From: Cyanidioschyzon merolae
Lineage: Eukaryota
Assembly: GCA_000091205.1 (NCBI GenBank)
Contig: AP006492.2
Strand: one strand, 5' to 3'
Length of the DNA: 64,000 nt
Part shown: positions 34,869-46,140 of the stretch, in pieces
Layout of the letters: every line of letters begins with the position of its first letter
How positions within the stretch are numbered: the first letter of the stretch is position 1
The notes under the pieces: generated by a model
Seen by the model: only the letters and a program-made list of their open reading frames with translations
Databases searched by the model: none
Told to the model about the DNA's origin: nothing
Made by a program: the position numbers and the translations under genes

Positions 34869-35100
34869 ATGGACAGACGGACGGACGGACGGACGGTAAA
34901 GATCGCCGACGACGGCGGCGGCGACGGCGGCGACGGCGATGCTGCTGCTGCTGCTGCTGCTGGCGACTCGAATGGATGAGATGCGATGCAGTGGCGTGCC
35001 GGGCAGTGCGTGCGCACGTGCGCATGTGTTTCTGTGTGTGCGTGCGTGTGCGTGTGCGTGCGTGCGTGCGTGTGTGCGTGCGTGCGTGCGTGCGTGCGAT
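34869..35100. repeat. Microsatellite cluster in the divergent promoter between the PUR-alpha-like and bL28m genes: (GGAC)n, (GGCGGCGAC)n, (GCT)8, about 70 bp of (GYGC)n alternating purine-pyrimidine
   Basis: Read directly: gacggacggacggacggacgg; ggcggcggcgacggcggcgacggcg; gctgctgctgctgctgctgctg; gtgcgtgcgtgtgcgtgtgcgtgcgtgcgtgcgtgtgtgcgtgcgtgcgtgcgtgcg. Confidence 0.9.
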
Positions 35101-35372
35101 GCAGGGGCATCACCATCACCAGTATCATTGCCCAGGAGCCGGGCTACGGATTGCCGCCTGCCTTGACGCCCCCGCAGGGCGTCTGTGCCTGGACCCGTTG
35201 GTAGAACCGGATAGAATCGGTGTTGGAGTGCGTATAGTTTGCAGGTACGGTTTTGTTCGAGACTGTACGAGCTCGTGGTGCTGCACTGCAGGCGTACACT
35301 GCAGTATACGCAGCTGGTGTACCGCTGCGCGTACGACTTCGCTTGTGTTCAGCAGCTTGTTCAAGCGCATTC

Positions 35373-35723
35373 ATGACAAAACCCTCAGCGGCGTTGACTA
35401 TGTTGCGACGATTCCGGGGTCTGTACCAAGGTCGACACATTCGTTTTGGAAACCAGATAAGTCACGCAGAGAACAAAACACGTCGAGCTTGGCGACCGAA
35501 CGTCCATCGGAAAGAGTTCTACAGCCGAGTTCTTCAGGAGCCGCTGCGTTTCACGGTGACCACAAGGGCGTTGCGAACGATCGAAAAAGTTGGTGGCATC
35601 GACGAATACCTCATTCTTACCCACGAACGAGATATGCTGGGGCCGGACCTTGTGAGGTTGCGCGCTCGAATCGTAGAACGAGTTCGCGAGCTCCGACTTT
35701 CGGAGAACGCAGCTTCCACATGA
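35373..35723 (+). CDS. Mitochondrial ribosomal protein bL28
   Basis: GRHIRFGNQISHAENKTRRAWRPNVHRKEFYSRVLQEPLRFTVTTRALRTIEKVGGIDEYL matches the bacterial-type L28 core (G.r.fGn.vShs.nkTkRrw.PNlq..). ATG at 35373 (MTKPSAAL...); the reported ORF starts further upstream at 35253. Confidence 0.55.
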   Translation: MTKPSAALTMLRRFRGLYQGRHIRFGNQISHAENKTRRAWRPNVHRKEFYSRVLQEPLRFTVTTRALRTIEKVGGIDEYLILTHERDMLGPDLVRLRARIVERVRELRLSENAAST

Positions 35724-36199
35724 GCGGTCTTTGTTAAGCGTTTCGCTTGGCGCGCGTTTTAGGCCAAAAGCGTCTTGTGCAAGCTGTGCATTGCAGGAAT
35801 GGCTCGCGTTTTTGGACCAGTTCGCAATACCTAGGCCTGAGGCACCCCAACAACCGCAGCATTCTTTTGAATCGTTTGGCGGAGAGGGCTGCATTCTGCG
35901 GATGCGCTGCTCGCCAGCGAAACACCAGAGGCGGTACCGGTCGCACGCATTACAGAATCAAATGGAACAATTCCTGCAACATAACTTGGACGTGCTCACT
36001 ATAGGTTTCGTCTCCTTCCAGTGCCAGCGACGACAGCTTTTCCGGGCTTTAACTCTCTCGGATCTCCGGCTTTAAGAACGCTGGTCTCTCCTGTAATTCC
36101 GGCTCGATTCTCAACAGTCGCAGCATGTTGCTGGCAGCGTTCAAGCCCGGATTTCGCAGTTTCCGGCCATTATCGACGCTAAAAATTGCGCAGGCAAAC

Positions 36200-36640
36200 G
36201 TTGCGTGCGACGCTTCGTTTGCCATGATCATGTTCGTTGTATAGAGCCCGGGTACATACATCGCAGCGATGACTCTTGGAATTTTGCACAAGTGTTCCCG
36301 GATTTTCGCGAAACACCACCACGGCCTCCTTCTCCTCCGAGAGTCGACTTGTCGGATGTGAACGCTGGCTTCTTCGCTCTGTACGGGCACTTGACGCGTA
36401 TAGAGGTCTATCCGCGATGGTCGCTTCGGTTGCCGGGCCCCGGTGCCGTATCCGCCCAAAAACGGGCTTGTTTTGGGCGGTCTTTCGGCATCTCATTTCG
36501 CCAGCTATATGTACAATCGCACGCTGCTCCATTCGAGACAGGATTCATGGAATGCGATGTCGCCGATGATGAAACAAGTGCTGTAAGGATACGCCAGGTT
36601 TGAAAAGGTGGTCGAGAAATTTGAATCTATCTTCGCTTTC
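36200..36640 (-). repeat. Copy B of the roughly 440-bp dispersed repeat family (inverted relative to copy A)
   Basis: The reverse complement aligns with copy A blocks 1-3, for example tgtttcatcatcggcgacatcgcattccatgaatcctgtctcgaatggagcagcgtgcg; ggatacggcaccgggg; ctatacaacgaacatgatcatggcaaacgaagcgt. Confidence 0.55.
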
Positions 36641-37415
36641 ATCATGCACGGCGCTGACGCGATGCCCTCTGGAACCGATTCCTGCGATGACGCACGCCCG
36701 AGTACGACATACTTTACCATGCAATCAGAAGAGACTCGGGTCCCTTGGAGTATAACCCATGAGAGCTATCAAGCTGCTGTTGCATGCCGGTTCATAGATA
36801 CTCGCAAGGAGACGAGGATCCATCTTTCGAACGGGTTCGATGAATGCTCTGGGCTAGTTCAGTTAACCTTGTGCAAGAGGATATTCAGAGATCGTCAAGA
36901 AACGACAACGAGTATTTTTCATTTTCGATTCAGCTGTGCGCTCGAGCTGCCTTGAAAAAGATACATCGAAACTCGAAGAATGCACGCGTTGATCACGCTA
37001 GACGTAAGGAACGAGGAACCGCGGGGTCTTGCCCATATGAACTGGATCATGCGATTGATTATGTTACCAAACCTTGTTCGAAAGCGTTGCAAATCATCTT
37101 GATTCCGTTCACGTAAACAATTCCAGAAGCAAAGCTTCATCGAAGCCACTCCGAAAACAAAATCCGGAATCCGGACACTATACATGAATCTTTAAGCCTC
37201 TATTGCTACTCTTTGAGTTTCAGCACTATACAACTGAAAAAGGTATGAAAAAATCTCATGGCATGAACAGAGCGAGCGGTTCAGTGCTCCGTTCGGATAC
37301 AACGCGACGGCCGCTTGTTGCGGTTTGTGTGTATGGGCGTGAACGTGCGCGGCACAGGAACGACGTCAGGGTTTCGACGGTTCTCCGGAATCGGGAATGT
37401 TTATATACTCGCTTT

Positions 37416-38273
37416 ATGACGCGGAGTCGCTTGCTGCAGACGGCGAGAGTTTTCGCGCGCCGGTTCGCAGGTCACTCTCAGTTCGCGAACATCAAGCACA
37501 AAAAGGCTCGCGAGGACGCTCGACGATGTAAGGCTTTCCAACGTGTTTTCAACGCCATTGGTGCAGCTGTGCGCGCACAAGGCGGAGACGCTAACCCTGA
37601 AAGCAATCCAAGGCTAGCAACCGCACTAGAAATGGCACGCGGTGTGCGTATGCCAAAAGAGAAGATCGCTGCAGCCCTGGAGTCTGCGAAAGGCTCCGGA
37701 GTTCGGGCAACCGGACCCGTGTCGGATCTAGAGCTCGTCGTTTATGAAGCATACCTGGGGACGGAGCCCCTGCTTATTGAATGCTTAACGGACAATCGAC
37801 GCCGAACGGCCCCACGTCTTCGACACTTGTTGAACGAGCACGGCGGAACACTTGCACCGGACGGAGCTGTGCTCTGGCAGTTCAACCGAGTTGGACGAGT
37901 GCTGATTCGGTGCTGCCCGCGCTTTGAACAAGCCTGGCTTGACGCGATTATTGACACTGGTCTCGTCGAGAACCTGGAGCACTATCGAGCAGATGCACAA
38001 CCGAACGGCGACAAAACAAACGAGAACGAGGAATACGTTGAGCTTGAGACCGCCCCGGAGCTACTCTCGGCTCTGGAGGAGCACGTCCGCCAGCTTGCAG
38101 ATCAAATTCGTCACGAATCGACGTTCAGCATGGAAATCGTCTCGGCGGAGTTGGCTTGGAAACGAAAATCCGAAGCTGGAACGAGCGAAGGTTCAGAGCG
38201 GCCGCCAGAGTTGGATGAACTCATTCAGGCGCTCGAGGCGGAGGACGACGTCCAGCGCGTGATTTCTGGGTGA
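37416..38273 (+). CDS. YebC/PmpR-family protein (TACO1-like translational activator), mitochondrial
   Basis: GHSQFANIKHKKAREDARRCKAFQRVFNAIGAAVRAQGGDANPESNPRLATALEMARGVRMPKEKI is a near-canonical YebC/TACO1 N-domain. The presequence-like start MTRSRLLQTARVFARRFAG has its ATG at 37416; the reported ORF opens at 37203 with TTG. Confidence 0.8.
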   Translation: MTRSRLLQTARVFARRFAGHSQFANIKHKKAREDARRCKAFQRVFNAIGAAVRAQGGDANPESNPRLATALEMARGVRMPKEKIAAALESAKGSGVRATGPVSDLELVVYEAYLGTEPLLIECLTDNRRRTAPRLRHLLNEHGGTLAPDGAVLWQFNRVGRVLIRCCPRFEQAWLDAIIDTGLVENLEHYRADAQPNGDKTNENEEYVELETAPELLSALEEHVRQLADQIRHESTFSMEIVSAELAWKRKSEAGTSEGSERPPELDELIQALEAEDDVQRVISG

Positions 38274-41254
38274 CTGCTCCGCCAAAGCGAGTTTTGTGGC
38301 GTTGGGGCCGTGCCCCGAGCTTTGTCGTTGCTGGCAGCGTGAAGGAACAAGCCACAGACGCATCGATGGTATTGCTCCAGTGTTTTTGGGCAATTTCTAC
38401 GGGAAAACGCTTCCATGGGCAGCTCAGGTCGGCTTGCTGAATGCTCCGGACAATATTTACGTCGATGAGGTCTCTGGCTGGGGTATCATCATTAGAGCCG
38501 ACGGCGGATCCGGATGAATGTGTTTGCCGTCGCTGTTGGCAGTGAGCGTGCCCGACGAAAACAGCGTCAATTCACGCATTCGCATTTCATAGGCCAGCAA
38601 GTGAGCATTTAGCCTCCGCTGCAAGCCTGCGACGCATGCGCCTAGAATCCACAGCCCGCGTTTTCCGACATGCACTTGAATGATGGAGGCTTTCGCAGCT
38701 TCCGCGCACGCTGCCAAGTCGGCAGACCGCTGAGCAGCCGCAACCGAACATAGGTGTTTGTGACCTAGGCTACGGCCTCGTAGGCAACTTTTCGCACTGC
38801 ACGCGCCATTCGCGTGCATATCATGCATGATACAAGCACAACTTGCAGCTGTGGAGAAGTCGGATGTCGCTCCACGGAATGCGATAGTTGCGCAGCGCCG
38901 ACACCGACGCTGATGCCAAGGCCCTACGGAACGCATGCAATCGTTTCGAGCTTGGAGCACGCGCGCAGCGTCATCGCTTGTGCAGTCTCGCGAGCGTCCA
39001 CGCTGACCGTTCATCGCGGGTATCATTCGTACTTTCGAACCATGCAATGCCCGTACTGTTCATCATTAGTTGCCGGGGGGCGGGGGCGGGGGGCAAATCG
39101 TTGCCGGTGTATGTGTACGGCGCTCCGGCGTTGGTGTGTCGCTGAGCGGCACCATACCAGTGCCTTGTTTTGGTTCAGCATCTCATCTGCTGTGTTCAGG
39201 CGGCGGACTTGTTTTCATTGGAATTCAGCTGCATTTTACCACAGTGCGCCTATAGGTTACTGAACTATTGCCCCGAGAGTTCGCTCCATACAAATCCGCT
39301 GGGAGCTCTGGAAGCATGAAACTTTTCTTTCTGTTGATCGGGCGTTCAGGTCTCGGTGTGGAAAGTGCTGGTGCGCATCGTAGCTCGTGGTATGACACCG
39401 TCGTATGCTCCTCGCCGGCGATTTCCACGCCATACAACACTCTATCTGCGTAACGTACATCATCTCGGGCAACCGTCATTATTTCATGCGCTTCTTCTGT
39501 TCCACTGTCAGCGTGTATCTGCACCGGTGCAGCGTGTGTTCCTCCGTGAACGCATCGATGGGAAACGTCCAAAATCGATTCCTGCTCTCGTTGGGCGCAC
39601 CCGTCGACGAAGCAGAAATATAGATTATGCGCGCTACAGGGCGTCTAGCGCCATAGGCTAGTCTCGAACGTCGCATTGTATGAGCACTGCCCTTGTTTAG
39701 CTCATGGAACAAGTTGGCGAATGCACGCTGCTTGTCTTCACACAAGCGAAATCGTACGCGATCGCAGCAGGGTTTTATGTACAACAGCCGAAGATGCTCC
39801 GCGGGAGCTATTTGGACGATCGTACTCTTTCTGAATACAGCGTACAAAACAACCGTGTCTGCTCGATACGGAGCTCAGAGCGTCGTCTTGGGTCCTGACG
39901 CTGTCATTCAATTCATTGGTATGCAGCATGACGCCAATTAGGCCCGAAACCTCATGATGCCGAGCCCAGAACAATTCGAGCAGCTGTATCTGCTTTCCGT
40001 TCAGGTCTTTTACTTCGTCTTTTCGACTCGGAACGAAGGCGACGGCCACGATGGACTTCAACCCGAGATCTACGCCCATCACGAAATCTTACGGTTCACC
40101 TACCTTGGACGGTTGAAAATGAGTCTCGCGGCTCTTTTCATGCCGTTAGTCCGCAAAGTGCAGGTAGACGGGTGATCTGTTGCTCCTCGTCGCCCGCATA
40201 AACCTATTTCCATCGCCTGCCCGTCAACGAGATTCGTTGAACGAGCCCTGCCGATGCTCTCTGCGAAATGGGTTGAATGCTTCACACTAGCTGCCAGAAA
40301 CTATAGCCTTAGCTCATTGACAACGCCATACAGTACAGTATACAAGTGTCTACGGTCATTGTATGCGCCTTGAGGTCACAGATCGGGACCGCATCCCACC
40401 TACGATAGAGAAGTAGAGGGCGCTCGCATTCCGAAAACAAGCCTCATTTGCTCCGAAGCGCCCCCTTCAGAAACATATTGTATCGCGATATCCAAGGAAG
40501 GCACGCAACGCGCGTCAACCATCGTTTGGGTACAGCGTCCACCGCTTCGAGGTCGAAAGTAACCCAACGACAGTTCACAAACTGAAGCGACTCTCGCTCT
40601 CATTACAGCATCTGTGCCGAACTCGATATCGCCTGGAGCTCTTCCGCCACCAGCTCGTTATTTGCCTCCATCGACACGACCGACAATCTCTCGCATTTGT
40701 CCCTGCTTTTCCGGGCTGGCACGCTCAGCGTGCATCAACGCTGGTACGCAGATCACCCAGCGACTCGACTGCGCTTCCAAGCGGCTTGCCGTAACACTTG
40801 ATATGATTGTATAAAATGGAATAAAAATACCATAAATGAGAAAGAATCGTCGCTGACGACGACGCTCGCGTCCATGGCCCAGACTCGCGATTTTTCGAAA
40901 TCTGGTCGCTGGCGTGGGGGTTTAGATCTGCGGCATCGGCGAGCATCCCGTCCGCGTCACTGAACCTGCGCAGCAAACGCCTGCGCCGGCCCACGATCGT
41001 GAACGTTGTTGTTTGTTTCCCGTAGCGAGCAGCGACATTGGAAGGCGGAGTACCTGCTGCGCCGTACAATCAAAAAGCAGCGGTTGTTTCTTCGAGAAGA
41101 TACTTGTCTGGCAAGTAGAAGCGCTTTGGCCTCACCCGACCGCACAACAGTTCACGCAGGTTGCGTAGGTGACAGAGCCTCACTAGGATTCCGCTGCGAA
41201 CGCGGCAGCAGCCACGGGTGAAACTCAAACAGCGTTCGACGCACCACAAGGCAG

Positions 41255-43429
41255 ATGGCAACGAAAACCTCGCTTGGGGAACGTCAACTACCTGAAGCAG
41301 GCACGGTGAGCGGGCGCGAACCCATTGAGGCGGAAGTAGCGGCAGCGGAAGAGCTCCAGCTGTTCGTTAGCAACCGCGGTGATGGGTTTGTCTCATATCT
41401 ATCGCAGCGCTCGCCGACCCCAGTGGATCTGAGCTCTCTCCAAGCGCGAGACCGATCTTCTGAAGAAGACGAAAATGAGGATGAGGACCTTTGCAACGAC
41501 GACGACGAGCTCGACAGTGACGATGCTGACGTCTTCTCCGGTGTTACTGCTTCATCAGCAGGTCGGCTGTCAAGCTCCCCTGGGAGCGACGCGCTGGATG
41601 TGACTTCCGGGGCAACGCCAGTTCAGAAGCTCAGCTGGAGAGCCAGCTCTGGATCGCTCAGAACTCCCAAAACGGGTTCAATTGAGACGCCGAAACACCG
41701 CGTGACGGGTGTTGGATCCAATGCATCGGATCGGTGGGAGTCCGAGCGGAGCGCCACGCGCAAAACACCGATGTCACCAGCGCGGATGAAACTTGCAACG
41801 TCCGCGCGTAGGATTCCGCAGCGATACTCCATGGCGGCACAGTACGTCAGCGAAGTTCCAGATGAGATGTACGCCGAAGTGCCGCTTGTTGCTGCGCTCA
41901 TTACGTATGCTATGTACGCGGTGGTTATCGTTCTGGGGTATCTGCGTGACGCTTTATCGAAGATTTTGAAACGACGAAGATACGCGATGATCAAGCCGCA
42001 GGGCTGTGCTCCGTTGCTTTCGGATTTTGAGGATTTCTACACACGCCGGCTCTACCGCCGCATCGAAGATTGCTGGTCCCGACCGATTTGCTCAGCCCCA
42101 GGTGCCTACATCGACGTCATCGAGAGGCGTTTTCGTACACCGAAGGAGCGGGAGCTTCTCCTGCAAAAGGGCATACTTGAGAGATGGGCGACGAAACCGC
42201 CGCAACTGAAGCCAGTGGAGCTCATCCGGGAGGGCACCAACGAGGTGATTGGCTGGATTCCACAGGCACCATTCACAGCAGCGCTGACCTATACAGGTCG
42301 CGTCAAGCGGTGCCTTAACCTCAGCTCCTACAATTATCTCGGATATGGCGAGGTGCCGGGCGGTGTAGATGCATCCGTGCTGGAAACTCTGGATAGGTAC
42401 GGCGTTGCCACTGGCGCTGCGAGAGAGAGCGGTTGCACGGCGGTGCTTCGCGAGCTCGAGCAAACGGTGGCACGTTTCGTGGGCAAACCTGATGCAATCG
42501 TCATTGGTATGGGCTTCGCAACGAATTCTATGATCATTCCGGCGATCATTGGGAAAGGCGGCCTCATCATTAGCGACGAATTGAACCACGCGAGCATTGT
42601 GGCAGGCGCGCGTTCGTCAGGGGCGCGTATCCGAGTTTTTCGACACAACGATGCCAAAGACCTGGAGCGCGTCCTCCGATCAGCGATTGCTGAGGGTCAG
42701 CCAAGATCGCACCGCCAATGGCGTCGCATTCTCGTCGTTGTAGAGGGTATCTACTCCATGGAGGGTGCGATCTGCAACCTTCGCGAGATCGCGCGCGTGA
42801 CGCGCAAATACAAGGCATTCCTCTTTGTCGACGAGGCGCACAGTATTGGTGCGCTTGGAGAGCGAGGTCGTGGTGTGTGTGAGTTCACCGGGGTCGACCC
42901 GCGAGATGTCGACATTCTGATGGGCACCTTCACCAAGAGCTTCGGTGCAGTAGGTGGCTACGTCGCAGCCTCGCGGGAGCTGGTTGCACACCTGCGACGC
43001 ACAGCGCCCGGTGCCCTGTACGCGTCCACCATGTCGCCTGCTTGTGCGAAGCATATCCTATTTGCGATGCGTCAGATCAGCGGCGAGGATGGTACGGATA
43101 TTGGACGGAGGAAGCTGACGCAACTGCGGGAAAATTCGCTCTACTTCCGCCGGCGTCTCTTGGAAATGGGTCTGCAGACGATCGGCAGCACGGGGTCTCC
43201 TGTAATTCCGATCATGCTCTATGTACCTTCTGTGATTGCCGAGTTCAGCCGCGAATGCCTCAAGCGCGGCCTCGCAGTGGTCGTGGTCGGTTTCCCCGCG
43301 ACGCCCCTCATTTTGAGTCGTTCACGGATTTGTATCAGCGCGGCCCATAGTCGCGAGGATTTGGATTTCGCTCTGAATGTAATTGAACAAGTTGCGGATC
43401 TTCTGAAAATCCGTTACTTGCGCAAGTGA
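41255..43429 (+). CDS. Serine palmitoyltransferase subunit 2 (LCB2-type alpha-oxoamine synthase) with an acidic Ser/Asp-rich N-terminal extension of about 250 aa
   Basis: PLP-dependent class-II aminotransferase core with the GTFTKSFGAVGGY Lys-containing motif typical of LCB2, plus DELNHASIV and VDEAHSIGALG. ATG at 41255. Confidence 0.85.
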   Translation: MATKTSLGERQLPEAGTVSGREPIEAEVAAAEELQLFVSNRGDGFVSYLSQRSPTPVDLSSLQARDRSSEEDENEDEDLCNDDDELDSDDADVFSGVTASSAGRLSSSPGSDALDVTSGATPVQKLSWRASSGSLRTPKTGSIETPKHRVTGVGSNASDRWESERSATRKTPMSPARMKLATSARRIPQRYSMAAQYVSEVPDEMYAEVPLVAALITYAMYAVVIVLGYLRDALSKILKRRRYAMIKPQGCAPLLSDFEDFYTRRLYRRIEDCWSRPICSAPGAYIDVIERRFRTPKERELLLQKGILERWATKPPQLKPVELIREGTNEVIGWIPQAPFTAALTYTGRVKRCLNLSSYNYLGYGEVPGGVDASVLETLDRYGVATGAARESGCTAVLRELEQTVARFVGKPDAIVIGMGFATNSMIIPAIIGKGGLIISDELNHASIVAGARSSGARIRVFRHNDAKDLERVLRSAIAEGQPRSHRQWRRILVVVEGIYSMEGAICNLREIARVTRKYKAFLFVDEAHSIGALGERGRGVCEFTGVDPRDVDILMGTFTKSFGAVGGYVAASRELVAHLRRTAPGALYASTMSPACAKHILFAMRQISGEDGTDIGRRKLTQLRENSLYFRRRLLEMGLQTIGSTGSPVIPIMLYVPSVIAEFSRECLKRGLAVVVVGFPATPLILSRSRICISAAHSREDLDFALNVIEQVADLLKIRYLRK

Positions 43430-44222
43430 GGAAAAGCGATGTGCCGCAGCCTGACAACAGGCGACGAGCTGGCCAGCACAGGACGCTCTGGAATACGGGC
43501 CTGTCAAGCGCGCGACCGGCAGCACCAGCGCAGACACAATGAGCGAAACGACGTGCAGGGAGTATCCAGCCGGATTTTTCATCTGATCAGGGTGTCTCCA
43601 CTTTGTACCATGGCTTATCGCGATGTATCTGGATTCTTGCTCTTGAAGGCGGCCATCTGCTCGAACACCGAACAGGGATCCCGTTCTCAAACGATCGCGA
43701 TGTGCTGTTCGGGACGACGTTCCGAGCCCAGCGCCAATGCCACAACAGACAAGCAGCTCTACACTCGCGAAATTCACCCCGCTCAATGACGGTTGCGTGT
43801 CGCTGTTCGTGCAGGTCTCTGGCTCATCTTCATCATTCTATTTTGGATACAGATCCCCGAACTTGGATAGCGTTTCGGCATGGGACAGGAATTCGAGGTG
43901 TCGCTCAATTGCACAGCGATTCGCAACCGAAGAGACCTCGTCCTGCATTCCCGAGGTTGTATTGCAAACATAACCCACAGCTCATGACGCCAACGAAGTA
44001 ACGGTTTACGCCAAGGATTGCGAATATCGATACCGCTCTTCATGCCGCATATGCGGGATGACTAGGCGCCGCATCGGACGCCAGGCGAGCTGTTGAAAAC
44101 AAGCGAGTCTTTTTTTTCTGGTATATGCAGCGACGGGCCCTGATCCATATCGTTCGAGTGCGTCGCCTATGAGGTCCTCGTGCTCTCTTTTTGTCCTGTA
44201 GGTGACAAGTTCGCGCGGTGCG

Positions 44223-45767
44223 TCACCAGCTCGGCGGTGGAGCCGACGGACGTGGCACGCCCTCTGACCCGCCGTTTTCCGACCCTCCAAGCGAGGTCAC
44301 TGTTGACTTGCCAGCGCCCGCCCAGCTCGTGTCGGGTATTGTGGCGAGCGTATCCGCCCCGCCACCGAACCTGGAGTAAGGAGCGCTCGCAGCTTGGTTC
44401 TCGGGAGTAGCACTCGCATCCAATGGATAAATCTGGTACATGACTGGTTGAACGGTTCGTCCCGGAGCCATCTTTGCCCAGACAAGCAGGTCTGCATCCA
44501 GAACGAGCAAAAAGTAGAGGATAATGTAGATGGCGGCGAGGACCAGTCCGACGACAAAAACGATAAACGCGGAAGAGATATCCGAGTCGCGCTGACTGCC
44601 ACAGGATAAGGCACCAATACGGTGCACTGCCCGGAGCATCGTGGTGCAGTTCGTCAAGTCCTCGACCTGGGTCACCAGCTGGTCGGTCACCTGGGTGTAA
44701 TCCGAGTCGCTCAGGCCGGTTGCGCTCTCAATGATATATCGGCAGTCCGAAATGATCGACTTCAGTTCAGAAATCGCTTGGCTGTACGACTTGCCTAGGG
44801 TATTCAACACAGGGCACTGTAGGCCGACCTCGATAAAGGCGTTTCCTGAGGGAGGCGGTGGCGCTGGCTGACCCTGTTGAAAAGACTTGACCTGCGATTC
44901 CATATACTGGAAGAGTTGATTTTGGGAAACACAGGCATCGCTCAGTGCGAGGGCTGCGGCAACCGCGAGACCCACCACAACCCATGCGATGCCCATGACC
45001 AGTCCGGCAAAGATGAGTGCAAGAATGCGAGAAAAGACCGCACAGCAGTTGCGGACGTGTCCCTGACAGAGCACCAAGGCCAGGTAGGTTACGCCGACTT
45101 GAACGGCTAGCAAGATGACAATCGCCAGAAAGATGTACTGCACGACATAGATGCCTTCATTGCTGGCTCTGTAGTCGGCCCCGGCCACCAACTGGGCATC
45201 TGACTCGAGAGTTTGCGCTTTTTGGTTCAGACTGGAGAGCGCTGACTTGCACTCGAGGCCGTTCGTACTACCATGCGCCGCAACGTACTCGGAGACTGCT
45301 TGACTAAAGTTACTGACAGTCTGGGCGATGAATGTTGCACCATTGTCGAGCTCGCCTCCCGCAGATATCAGTGCTTTAAAGGTACCCGATACCGAGCGGT
45401 CGATACCGCGCGCCGCCTGGAACATGATCGCGAGCGAACCATACGTGATAACGATAAGAGCGAGACCCACGAGGCCCAAGGCCACAAAGTGCCTCCGCAA
45501 ACCCGGTCTGAGACTGCGCTTGTACCACCACTGCTTGCAGCAACATGAGCGGATCGTCAGAACCAGAAGAGCGGCTAAGAAGAGCACTACACCAACGATA
45601 GCGTACGGAAGTGCGTTCAGCGCTACCGCCACGGCATAGGACTTGCTGAGGGCAAACGTGTTCCGCGAGTCTACTCGCAGGTACTCACTGTGGAAGAAGT
45701 TTACGAGCGCAGATAGTTGCGCAGCTGACGTCCCTAGCCAGACACTTTCAACGAGAGAGAGACTCAT
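44223..45767 (-). CDS. Multi-pass transmembrane protein (about 5 TM helices with two large loops; prominin/tweety-like topology), function unknown
   Basis: Several 20-25-residue hydrophobic helices (ALNALPYAIVGVVLFLAALLVLTI; ALGLVGLALIVITYGSLAIMF; IYVVQYIFLAIVILLAVQVGV; ILALIFAGLVMGIAWVVVGLAVAAALAL; AFIVFVVGLVLAAIYIILYFLLV) separated by Cys-containing loops. The ORF is open up to 46571, but that upstream part is low-complexity and contains a tandem duplication, so I prefer the ATG at 45767 (MSLSLVES...). Confidence 0.5.
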   Translation of the reverse strand: MSLSLVESVWLGTSAAQLSALVNFFHSEYLRVDSRNTFALSKSYAVAVALNALPYAIVGVVLFLAALLVLTIRSCCCKQWWYKRSLRPGLRRHFVALGLVGLALIVITYGSLAIMFQAARGIDRSVSGTFKALISAGGELDNGATFIAQTVSNFSQAVSEYVAAHGSTNGLECKSALSSLNQKAQTLESDAQLVAGADYRASNEGIYVVQYIFLAIVILLAVQVGVTYLALVLCQGHVRNCCAVFSRILALIFAGLVMGIAWVVVGLAVAAALALSDACVSQNQLFQYMESQVKSFQQGQPAPPPPSGNAFIEVGLQCPVLNTLGKSYSQAISELKSIISDCRYIIESATGLSDSDYTQVTDQLVTQVEDLTNCTTMLRAVHRIGALSCGSQRDSDISSAFIVFVVGLVLAAIYIILYFLLVLDADLLVWAKMAPGRTVQPVMYQIYPLDASATPENQAASAPYSRFGGGADTLATIPDTSWAGAGKSTVTSLGGSENGGSEGVPRPSAPPPSW

Positions 45768-46030
45768 CGGGAGCGGTGCACCAGGGAATACGCCAGCCAC
45801 GTAGCTAGCAAGGTCGCTGTCGGAACCAGGAGGACTGCCCCCTGAAACGTTGGCTGGTGCGCCGCCTGCGTCCCTGTGCGAACACACGTGTCCGGCGGCT
45901 CGGGGTGCTGGCGTGCAGCATTCACCTGTCGGATTGATGGGCGAATGCGGTGTCGCGCTATCTCGGCAGAGGCGGCGATGCTGCTGTCTCGCGGTACAGA
46001 CACACCCACAGACGCTCTGCAGGTATGTGT

Positions 46031-46140
46031 ACCGATTGTTCATATTCTGTACAGTAGAGTTCATGTTCTGATCGAGCAGCAATGGTGACCGATTGTTCGT
46101 ATTATGTACATTAGAGTTCATGTTCTGATCGAGCAGCAGC
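46031..46140. repeat. 57-bp direct tandem duplication (x2)
   Basis: accgattgttcatattctgtacagtagagttcatgttctgatcgagcagc..(unit 1) and accgattgttcgtattatgtacattagagttcatgttctgatcgagcagc (unit 2), followed at 46205-46226 by (CTGG)5. Confidence 0.85.

Noticed and set aside
34688-35737. Long ORFs 34688-35128 (-), 34729-35025 (-) and 34832-35737 (+) encoding His/Thr/Ala/Arg or Cys/Val/Arg repeats
   Set aside because: They run through the microsatellite cluster ((GYGC)n, (GCT)n, (GGAC)n). Their open frames are a by-product of the simple repeats, not genes. The real gene in this region is bL28m at 35373-35723.
38457-39263. ORFs 38457-39047 (-) and 38814-39263 (+), Cys/Ala/Arg-rich, in a gene-less stretch
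   Set aside because: They have no motifs and a compositionally biased translation typical of random GC-rich ORFs. They overlap each other on opposite strands. I cannot support either as a gene.
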